DNA of 42,520 nt from IMG/VR virus record IMGVR_UViG_3300045988_013082, positions 1 to 42,520 of that record. The stretch is one strand, 5' to 3'. The translations under genes and the position numbers were made by a program. Shown one piece after another: positions 32,173 to 38,948 of this stretch (within the stretch, counting starts at the first letter, position 1; each line of letters starts with the position of its first letter). The notes beneath the pieces were generated by a model. It was given only the letters and a program-made list of their open reading frames with translations. It searched no databases and was not told the DNA's origin. The DNA is from a virus.

Positions 32173-32399
32173 CGTCTCAGGTGGGCATAACGCCTTGACA
32201 GGTAAAGCCGTAAACCATAGTCCTATGGGTGAGATCACCCCGCCGTCGAACCTCCCTGGCGGCGGGGCTTCGGCTTACCGCAAGCGAGTGGGAGCTTGCT
32301 TGCAAGTACAGAGTACGCTTTTCAAAGTTAACATTTCAAGTTCAAATCTTAACATTTTTTAGGAATAATCATGTATATTTCAGAAAGAAGTGACGTTTC

Positions 32400-33017
32400 T
32401 TGCACGATTCGACAATAAACGAGTATTGCAAAGCGGCCAAGGATCAAGCGTATCCAAAAATCACGAATCAGGAAATATGTGATAAAACGAACATCTCAGA
32501 TTCAACTTTGAACAACTTCTTCAGGGGCGCGACAAAAAATCCGTCCGTCTACCTCGTCGGCGATATTTGCCGTGCGCTCGACGTGTCATTAGATGAATAT
32601 TTCATGTTAAATTCTGAACATCTGCCATCTCAAGATCTGATTGATAAGATACACCAGCTGGAAGAAAAAAGCCATGAGTTGGAATCCGAGAATCATGCCT
32701 TGCAGCTTCAGCTTGCCGAGCTGTCCGGCTCTCTTGAAATGGCAAACGCAGAGATCAAGCACCAAAAAGAAAAGGCAGACTTTCTCCGTGCGCAGCTCAA
32801 AACGCGCCGCCCTGTGATCTATACCCTGATGTGCTCCTGCGCCGTCATGGCCTTCACCTTGCTGATCTACCTCGTTCTGGACTTCCGCGTCTCAGATGTA
32901 GGTTTTATCATAAATGGGAAACTGCAACCTGCGGCATGGATCGTGTTATGCACGATCGTTGCCGCAGTTGCCATCATCGCATGGTCAATCATCCATAACA
33001 CGAAACAGAGAAGGTGA
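32400..33017 (+). CDS. Membrane-tethered XRE-family HTH protein (HTH, coiled coil, two TM helices)
   Basis: A TTG start is forced by an in-frame TGA at 32391. The product has an HTH (ITNQEICDKTNISDSTLNNFFRG), a heptad-like region (LEEKSHELESENHALQLQLAEL...) and two hydrophobic helices. The stop lies 4 nt before the integrase ATG. Confidence 0.6.
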   Translation: MHDSTINEYCKAAKDQAYPKITNQEICDKTNISDSTLNNFFRGATKNPSVYLVGDICRALDVSLDEYFMLNSEHLPSQDLIDKIHQLEEKSHELESENHALQLQLAELSGSLEMANAEIKHQKEKADFLRAQLKTRRPVIYTLMCSCAVMAFTLLIYLVLDFRVSDVGFIINGKLQPAAWIVLCTIVAAVAIIAWSIIHNTKQRR

Positions 33018-33021
33018 AAAA

Positions 33022-34089
33022 ATGAAAGTCCCAGAGCCGCGCAAACTCCCCAGCGGCACATGGTTCATCCAAATGCGTCTGAACGGCATTAGCGTCCCCG
33101 TGTCCGCCTCAACAAAGAAAGAGTGTATCCGTCAAGCCCAGCTCATAAAAGCCGAACACAGAGCGGGGAAGAGGCGCTTCGTATTGACTGACATAACCGT
33201 AAAAGACGTGTTGGATGAATACATTGAAAAGAAAAGGGGAGGTCTTTCACCGTCCACCATTCAGGGGTATGAAAAAATAAGGGATCAATATTTTCGGTGC
33301 CTTATGGATGTAGCGATTAAATCCATTGATGCAGAAAAAGTCAACGACGCTATCTGCGCAGAACAGAAACGAACAAGCAAACGCGGAAGGCCGCTGTCTG
33401 CAAAAACAATATGCGAGGCATGGCATCTGATTTCAACCGCGCTGTCCAAAAAGGGGGTTAGCTTTTCCGGCGAAATTGATCTGCCAGAAATCAAGAAAAA
33501 GCCTGTTCAAATCCTATCATTTGAGCAGATATATCCAGCGATCAAAGGATCATCGATAGAATTGGAATGCCTGCTTGCTGCGCGGCTGAGTCTTTCGATG
33601 TCCGAAATTCGCGGCCTGACAAAATCCAAATCAATTCATGACGGAAAACTCACTGTCGTTGAAACCGTTGTGGATATTGGTGGAAAAGCAGTTCGGAAAG
33701 AGGGCGCAAAAGAAGTTGATCGTGTGCGAACTTTGGCGATCCCAGATTTCATACAAACGCTGATTGATGAAGTCGATGGAGATATTATCTGCGATAAGTC
33801 TTCGCAAACGATCAACAAACGTTACCAACGGTTGTTAGAAAAAGCCGGTTTGCCAAAGAGCAGTTTTCATAAGCTGCGTCACACATTCGCGTCAACCGGA
33901 GCTATGCTTCAAATTCAGCCAGAGATACTGCAAGAAGAGGGTGGTTGGCACACCGACCACACTATGAAGACCGTTTATACACATACATTCCCGTCCGCTC
34001 GCATTGCTGCCGACAAACTTCTCGACGAGCATTTTTCAAAAATAATTTTGCAAAATGCTAATGAAAATGCTAACGTAAACCAAGAGTGA
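33022..34089 (+). CDS. int: Tyrosine integrase
   Basis: ATG 33022 after GAAGGTGA. The product is 355 aa. The C-terminal HKLRHTFAS...GGWHTDHTMKTVYTHT carries the R-H-R-Y-type catalytic pattern. It lies next to attP. Confidence 0.9.
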   Translation: MKVPEPRKLPSGTWFIQMRLNGISVPVSASTKKECIRQAQLIKAEHRAGKRRFVLTDITVKDVLDEYIEKKRGGLSPSTIQGYEKIRDQYFRCLMDVAIKSIDAEKVNDAICAEQKRTSKRGRPLSAKTICEAWHLISTALSKKGVSFSGEIDLPEIKKKPVQILSFEQIYPAIKGSSIELECLLAARLSLSMSEIRGLTKSKSIHDGKLTVVETVVDIGGKAVRKEGAKEVDRVRTLAIPDFIQTLIDEVDGDIICDKSSQTINKRYQRLLEKAGLPKSSFHKLRHTFASTGAMLQIQPEILQEEGGWHTDHTMKTVYTHTFPSARIAADKLLDEHFSKIILQNANENANVNQE

Positions 34090-34120
34090 TTGATTTTCAA
34101 CGTGCTTTGGTAATTTACAA

Positions 34121-34148
34121 AGGGGTTCGATTCCCCTCAGCTCCACCA
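34121..34148 (+). other. attP core: 3' end of a tRNA-Ala- or tmRNA-like gene (T-arm, acceptor strand, ACCA)
   Basis: AGGGG-TTCGATT-CCCCT followed by CAGCTCC-A-CCA. No complementary 5' acceptor strand (GGAGCTG) lies upstream, so only the 3' part of the gene is present. Confidence 0.7.
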
Positions 34149-34156
34149 AGAAAAAG

Positions 34157-34188
34157 AAACCAGCAATCGATTGAGATTGCTGGTTTTT
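34157..34188 (+). terminator. Rho-independent terminator after the tRNA-like fragment and integrase
   Basis: AAACCAGCAAT-cgattgag-ATTGCTGGTTT followed by TTCTTTT. Confidence 0.7.
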
Positions 34189-34308
34189 CTTTTATTCTCA
34201 ACGGTTTTCTTCTTTTTATACTGTCAATTTCTTTTACAACCAGTAATAGATTAGAGCAAGTTCATTAGCGATTTTGACAATAAAATGCTAACGGAAAATG
34301 CTAATGAA

Positions 34309-34785
34309 TCAGTCCCGCTTCACAATCCCATGATAATACCCGGCCATCTTCGCCTCCGGGCCTCCGGCATCCTTATCCATGAGGAAGGCTTTGGCAAGGT
34401 CGGCGTAGAACTCCGGCCGGTCAAGGCCGTACTTGGCAGCCACACCGTAATAGTCCGAGTACATCATGTTCATTGCCGCCCACCAGATGCAGGACTTCGC
34501 ATGAACACCTGTGATATTGGCCACAGCATCCGTCTGCTCCATCGTCCAGTGTGCGCCGGTCGTACCGTCCTCGTTTTCCATGTGCGATACCCACTTTTCA
34601 GCATCCTCGCGGGTGAATTCCATCATTTTCGTGGACTCACGAAAATGGTCATCGTCCAGTTTGTGCAGCGCACAAATGGCGTCCGCGTACACCGTGACTT
34701 CTTCCGCGCGCCCAAGCGTCACCGGGCGCTCCATGATCTCATGCAGCTGCCGTTTCAGTTCTTCGATATAATGCTCTTTTCCCAT
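34309..34785 (-). CDS. Hypothetical protein (cargo operon gene 3)
   Basis: 158-aa ORF with a conserved-looking core, MENEDGTTGAHWTMEQTDAV...WWAAMNMMYSDYYGV. I cannot name a family. Confidence 0.6.
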   Translation of the reverse strand: MGKEHYIEELKRQLHEIMERPVTLGRAEEVTVYADAICALHKLDDDHFRESTKMMEFTREDAEKWVSHMENEDGTTGAHWTMEQTDAVANITGVHAKSCIWWAAMNMMYSDYYGVAAKYGLDRPEFYADLAKAFLMDKDAGGPEAKMAGYYHGIVKRD

Positions 34786-34786
34786 G

Positions 34787-35125
34787 TCAAGCCTCCTGAA
34801 TGTATTTGTAAAGCCGGTCGACGTCGTTCACATCGAACCGCAGCTCCCCAATGACCGGAATGGTCAGTGGGATCTTCTTTCCGTCCACCTGCGTTCTCGC
34901 GGCGTTGTAGAGCCGGTCAAGGTCGATATTGCCCTCTGCATCCATAATGCCCATCATCTGCACTGCCGGGTGATCCTTCAGCGCAAGGATGCGGCTTTTG
35001 CCGCCATCCATGATAAGCGCCAGCGCGATTCCGGCTCCAATGCCCTTGCCGGTTGGCAGGTGCGGGATGATCTCATTGTCGGCATACTGCGCCACGCCGC
35101 GCATGGCCTGATCTATTGTCACCAT
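34787..35125 (-). CDS. Hypothetical protein with one Gly/Ala-rich hydrophobic segment (cargo operon gene 2)
   Basis: 112-aa ORF whose stop lies 1 nt from the next ATG. It contains GKGIGAGIALALIMDGG. Confidence 0.55.
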   Translation of the reverse strand: MVTIDQAMRGVAQYADNEIIPHLPTGKGIGAGIALALIMDGGKSRILALKDHPAVQMMGIMDAEGNIDLDRLYNAARTQVDGKKIPLTIPVIGELRFDVNDVDRLYKYIQEA

Positions 35126-35175
35126 ATTGGTTTACCTCCATTTTAAGGTGGGGCGGCTATTGCCGCCCCTTTTGC

Positions 35176-35754
35176 TTAGTTCTTGCAGCAGCCGCACTTC
35201 GGGAGCGGATTGTAGAGCGTCTGCGCAGTGGTCGCGGTTCCGGTGGTGACGTCTGCAACCTGCTTCGGATAAAAGGTGGCGTTGGCATAAGTCACGATGG
35301 CGTTGTCGCCGCAGCAGCGCCGCTCGGCCTCCATCTCGATCTCGCGGTGCAGCTCGGACTTGACCGAAGCGATGTCCTGGCGGGCAAGGACGAAGCTGTC
35401 CTCGGTGCGCTGGTTATGCACGGCCTGATCGCAGATCGACTTACGGATGTCCTTGAGCTGGCCGTCGATGTAAGCGTACATCTCCAGCGACTTCTGATCG
35501 TTGTAGGTGTTGGCCTTGAGCATCGCGATCTCGCTGTCCTTCGCGGCCAGCTTCTGCTCCCGGTCGAGCTCGTAGCGCGTGACCGGCATGTTCTCGCTGC
35601 ACGTGCCCGCCGCTACAGCCGCAGCAGCCGGATTTACACCCCAGCCGTTCCAGCCGCCGAGTAGGTTGCCCAGCAGTCCAAGACCGACGCCAGCCGTGCC
35701 GATGATGCCAGTGGTCAGGGCCGCATTGGCCTTGCCGTTGCTTGCGTATTCCAT
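35176..35754 (-). CDS. Hypothetical membrane/coiled-coil protein with a Cys-rich C-terminus (cargo operon gene 1)
   Basis: ATG 35754 after GGAGGGAA. It has a glycine-zipper-like segment (GIIGTAGVGLGLLGNLLGGWNGWG), a coiled-coil middle, RRCCGDN and a terminal KCGCCKN. Confidence 0.6.
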   Translation of the reverse strand: MEYASNGKANAALTTGIIGTAGVGLGLLGNLLGGWNGWGVNPAAAAVAAGTCSENMPVTRYELDREQKLAAKDSEIAMLKANTYNDQKSLEMYAYIDGQLKDIRKSICDQAVHNQRTEDSFVLARQDIASVKSELHREIEMEAERRCCGDNAIVTYANATFYPKQVADVTTGTATTAQTLYNPLPKCGCCKN

Positions 35755-35933
35755 AGAGTTTCCCTCCAAAAAATGTAGTAAGCTGGCCAGCTCCTACGAT
35801 CAGTATGAGGGATTTTGAAATTCCGGGGGACGCACGAAGGTAGCATGAGAGACGCATTTATGTAGCATTTCTGACGCATCGGCGCATAAGTTCGATGCTA
35901 CATATTAAATTCTCGGAAATTTGCGAAAATCTA

Positions 35934-35961
35934 TTGCAAATTCTCGCAGTCGCGCTATAAT
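35934..35961 (+). promoter_or_regulatory. Sigma-70-type promoter of the Dcd-like/TM gene
   Basis: TTGCAA (35934-35939), 16-nt spacer, TATAAT (35956-35961). GGAGG at 35979-35983 lies 7 nt before the ATG. Confidence 0.65.
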
Positions 35962-35990
35962 TTAGGCAAAGAAAGAACGGAGGTAAGGAT

Positions 35991-36803
35991 ATGATTTTGG
36001 TTGACCACGATCTTTCAAAACTGATTGCTGATTCAGGAATCATTCAAGAAGACACGTTCTCTCCTGACTGCATTACAAACATCGGGTACGATCTTCGCAC
36101 AAAGGCTTTTTATGATGACGATGGGGAACACACGTCAAAGACCATCGCTCCGGGTGAATCCGTAATGGTTTCAACAGAAGAAATTATAAATATGCCCGTC
36201 GATATGGCGGCTATCGTGCATGACCGTAATAGCCGCATCCGTCAAGGATTGTCTGTCTCTGCTCCAATTTATCAACCAGGGCATAAGACGCGGGTGTTTT
36301 TCCGGCTTACTAATATTTCCGAGAATGAGATCCGCCTAAATGTAGAAGACAGCTATGCCATGATCGTTTTTGAAAAACTATCTGGCTCAGCAGACAAGCC
36401 TTACAGTGGGAAGTTTAAGGATGAAATCGGCGGTTACACAGGTTTAAGCGGATACAAAAAGGCTTATGAAAAACAAATCAATCAGCTTGACAAAAAGGCA
36501 GGCGATGTAAAAGAAATCGAAAAATCTATTTACGCAAACGTTCTGGCGATTCTTGCTGTCTTTGTTGCAATCTTCAGCTTGATTTCTACCAACGTAAAGC
36601 TTCTTGAAGATGAATCCACTTTGCGAAGTTTCATCGGCTATAACCTCATAACCGTTGGTGGAATCAGTTTCCTCCTGACATTGCTTCGCACCACAATTTT
36701 GAATGACCTTTCCAGAAAGAAACCAGTCAAAGGATTCTTTGTTTGGTTACCTACAATCGTCGTGTTTATTGCGGCACTTCTCGTTTTTCTGCTCGTAAAA
36801 TAG
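35991..36803 (+). CDS. dCTP deaminase/dUTPase-fold domain fused to a coiled coil and C-terminal transmembrane helices
   Basis: Residues 1-~150 align by eye along E. coli Dcd (ITNIGYDLR; IAPGESVMVSTEEIINMP; DRNSRIRQGLSV; IYQPGHKTRVFFRLTN; MIVFEKLSG..DKPY.GK). A charged helix and 2-3 hydrophobic helices follow (VLAILAVFVAIFSLI, LITVGGISFLLTLL, VWLPTIVVFIAALLVFLLV). Confidence 0.75.
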   Translation: MILVDHDLSKLIADSGIIQEDTFSPDCITNIGYDLRTKAFYDDDGEHTSKTIAPGESVMVSTEEIINMPVDMAAIVHDRNSRIRQGLSVSAPIYQPGHKTRVFFRLTNISENEIRLNVEDSYAMIVFEKLSGSADKPYSGKFKDEIGGYTGLSGYKKAYEKQINQLDKKAGDVKEIEKSIYANVLAILAVFVAIFSLISTNVKLLEDESTLRSFIGYNLITVGGISFLLTLLRTTILNDLSRKKPVKGFFVWLPTIVVFIAALLVFLLVK

Positions 36804-36808
36804 GAAAA

Positions 36809-36842
36809 GCCCCCGACAGGATCACTCCTGCCGGGGGCTTTT
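36809..36842. terminator. Bidirectional rho-independent terminator
   Basis: AAAA-GCCCCCGACAGG-atcact-CCTGCCGGGGGC-TTTT lies between the convergent stops at 36803 (+) and 36868 (-). Confidence 0.8.
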
Positions 36843-36867
36843 GTACCGTCACAATATCTTGTATCTG

Positions 36868-37134
36868 TTACTCGTTTATCATTTGCAGCTTTGCTGCCGT
36901 GTGCCGCGCTCGTGCGTAGATCTGCGGCAGTCTGCGGGTGATCGTGCTCCGCGCCATGTCCAGCTCCACCGCGACGTCAATTTGCGGCGTCTTGTCCATG
37001 ACATAGCGCCGGACGATCTCCGCGTCCTGCTCACTGTAGCCTGCCTGAGATATGATCTGCTCCCACTCGCCTTGCAGCAGGCCGGTCAAGTCATCCGGAA
37101 TCCGCACCCTCGCGCTGATCGTCACCACCTCCAA
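36868..37134 (-). CDS. Sigma-70 region-4-only HTH protein
   Basis: 88-aa ORF with an uncertain start (TTG or GTG). YSEQDAEIVRRYVMDKTPQIDVAVELDMARSTITRRL resembles a region 4 HTH. It is the last gene of the late operon, after the endolysin. Confidence 0.5.
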   Translation of the reverse strand: MEVVTISARVRIPDDLTGLLQGEWEQIISQAGYSEQDAEIVRRYVMDKTPQIDVAVELDMARSTITRRLPQIYARARHTAAKLQMINE

Positions 37135-37160
37135 TCCGGGTGGCGCGGCACACAGGGGCG

Positions 37161-37850
37161 CTACTGCTTATGATTCAGGATTGGGACATTGCCCTTGTTC
37201 GACACTTCGAGATCCAGCGCCTTTGCAATATCTCTGATCTTGATGTAGTTCGTGCCGTCCTTTAAGATCCGTTCGACCTCGACCTCCTGGCCATCTACGA
37301 TCATCTTTGCCTTTGTGACCACTTCGTCCACCTCCTCCAAGAGCTTCTTGAATGCTTCCCACTTCGTTTCGTCAATTAGCGGCAGCGGACACAGTTTCAT
37401 CGAAATGTCATAATGTCGGATTGCGGCCTGCACGCCCGGCAGCTGCTTCAACAGCATTTGATAAAGCCGCGCCGCATTTTTCATCGTCGCCTCCGGGATG
37501 TAATACTTGCCGGAGGCATCTGTGTGGCTCACCATCTCGATACTGACGGTGTTGTAGTTGCCGTACACCTTGCCGTATTTGCCGCTCCTGCCGTCGCCCA
37601 CGGCCCAGGCCACCACATCCAGCGGCACACACTGATAAACGGTATCGCCCTCGTCGACCACGAAATGTGCCGAAGCAGCGCGTCCCTCGGAGCCGTTTGC
37701 AAAATACCTGGCATTGCCAAGCGCCGTCGCGTGCAGACCGGTATTGGCCGTGTAGTGGAACACGATTGCCCGGATAGCCGAGAGCGGCCGCCTGCCGCCC
37801 ACTCTCGTTGCCCGGATGGTATCGTTAATTTTCAGTGCCATTGTCGTCAC
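37161..37850 (-). CDS. Endolysin, N-acetylmuramoyl-L-alanine amidase (Amidase_2/PGRP type) with a C-terminal binding domain
   Basis: IRAIVFHYTAN...SAHFVVDEGDTVYQCVP...AWAVGD is the amidase_2 pattern. It lies directly downstream of the holin. Confidence 0.85.
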   Translation of the reverse strand: MTTMALKINDTIRATRVGGRRPLSAIRAIVFHYTANTGLHATALGNARYFANGSEGRAASAHFVVDEGDTVYQCVPLDVVAWAVGDGRSGKYGKVYGNYNTVSIEMVSHTDASGKYYIPEATMKNAARLYQMLLKQLPGVQAAIRHYDISMKLCPLPLIDETKWEAFKKLLEEVDEVVTKAKMIVDGQEVEVERILKDGTNYIKIRDIAKALDLEVSNKGNVPILNHKQ

Positions 37851-38049
37851 CCTTCGCGTCCATCGCGTCCTGCGCCTTTTGCGACTGCGTGCCGAAGTAG
37901 AACGTTACTACCATCAGGAAGATCGTCAAAAAGTCTTTCCCTGTGATATCGCCCCGGAGCGCCAGCACCGTGAACACCACCGTCAGCAGCAGCGTCACCA
38001 GCGACTTCACGCTCAGCAGATTCGACAGCCGTTTCATAATTTTGTCCAT
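37825..38049 (-). CDS. Holin
   Basis: ATG 38049 lies 8 nt after AAGGAG. The 74-aa product has two hydrophobic helices and a charged C-terminus. It lies immediately upstream of the endolysin. Confidence 0.7.
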   Translation of the reverse strand: MDKIMKRLSNLLSVKSLVTLLLTVVFTVLALRGDITGKDFLTIFLMVVTFYFGTQSQKAQDAMDAKGDDNGTEN

Positions 38050-38063
38050 GTTATGTACTCCTT

Positions 38064-38366
38064 TCACGCTTCCACGATGTTGATACCGTACTGCTCCGCG
38101 CAGATATGCTCAATCTTGCAGCCGCGGGCGTTCTTCCAACCGGATGCGAAATACGCAGCGTCAGCCGTCGCCAGCAGCTCCAAAGACCGACCGAGACACC
38201 AGAGCGCCGTGTTCTGCACGTCCGGGTGCGTCTCGAAATATGTATCAATAACTTCTATCTCATCCCCGACAATCTCCCTCGCGCACCGGAGCGCATCTTT
38301 GCGATCTGCAAGTATTTCTTCTTTGCTCTTGCCCTTCATGGGCTGAGAGATAAACAGTTTTTTCAT
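38064..38366 (-). CDS. Second DUF4406 / nucleoside 2-deoxyribosyltransferase-like protein, inside the lysis cassette
   Basis: ATG 38366 after AAGGAG. KLFISQPMKGKS...ATADAAYFASGWKNARGCKIEHICAEQYGI has the same motif layout as the 22583..22909 protein. Confidence 0.5.
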   Translation of the reverse strand: MKKLFISQPMKGKSKEEILADRKDALRCAREIVGDEIEVIDTYFETHPDVQNTALWCLGRSLELLATADAAYFASGWKNARGCKIEHICAEQYGINIVEA

Positions 38367-38378
38367 AAGCAACTCCTT

Positions 38379-38636
38379 TCAGTCCTTTAGCACGATCTCC
38401 AAAAACCGTGCCTTTTCCTCTGCCGTATATGTTTCCGGCAGGCTCTCAATGTACTTGATTGCGTATTTACTTCTGTTCTCATTCTTTGCCTTCCAGAGGT
38501 AAAACATCCCAATCGCCGTCGCAAATCCGATGACTGCCAACGTGACCTCCACACTCAGCACGCCGAGCACATTCAGGATAATGCAAACGACGCTTGCCGC
38601 CGCGCTGCCAATCAGCAGCTTCTTCGAAGTCTCCAT
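38379..38636 (-). CDS. Small two-TM membrane protein (holin-like / lysis accessory)
   Basis: ATG 38636 overlaps the XhlA stop (TGATG). The 85-aa product has two hydrophobic helices followed by a charged tail. Confidence 0.5.
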   Translation of the reverse strand: METSKKLLIGSAAASVVCIILNVLGVLSVEVTLAVIGFATAIGMFYLWKAKNENRSKYAIKYIESLPETYTAEEKARFLEIVLKD

Positions 38637-38932
38637 CACACGATCCCCGCATGAGCCAGCGCGAAGCCAACCAGCGCCCCCACAATGGCCGTTAGGGTTG
38701 CCTTGACCAGCGCCTCCCATTTCCCGCCGGGGATGGCCTTGAGGCTCTTCACGTCGTCCTTGATCTCGCTGATATTGGCCTCGATCGTCTCCTGCTTCGT
38801 CGCCAGCACCTCTACCGAGGTCGCCAGCTGATGCAGCGCCCGGTTGTCCTCCTCCAAGTCGTCAATGCGGTGCGTGTTGCTCTTGCTGCGGGCCTCGATC
38901 TCCGCGATCTTCGCCTGAATTCCATCGTCCAT
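38636..38932 (-). CDS. xhlA: XhlA-family (haemolysin XhlA-like) lysis-associated membrane protein
   Basis: 98 aa with an N-terminal coiled coil (IAEIEARSKSNTHRIDDLEEDN...) and a C-terminal TM (LTAIVGALVGFALA), as in PBSX XhlA. Confidence 0.65.
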   Translation of the reverse strand: MDDGIQAKIAEIEARSKSNTHRIDDLEEDNRALHQLATSVEVLATKQETIEANISEIKDDVKSLKAIPGGKWEALVKATLTAIVGALVGFALAHAGIV

Positions 38933-38948
38933 CTCTTTTCTCCTTTAA

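Noticed and set aside
34076-34148. A complete tRNA gene next to the integrase
   Set aside because: Only the T-arm and 3' acceptor strand are present. The complementary 5' strand (GGAGCTG) and the D and anticodon arms are absent upstream, which fits an attP core rather than a functional tRNA.
35858-36043. 61-aa minus-strand ORF across the Dcd-like gene start
   Set aside because: It overlaps the promoter, RBS and first codons of the much better supported plus-strand gene, and it has no RBS.
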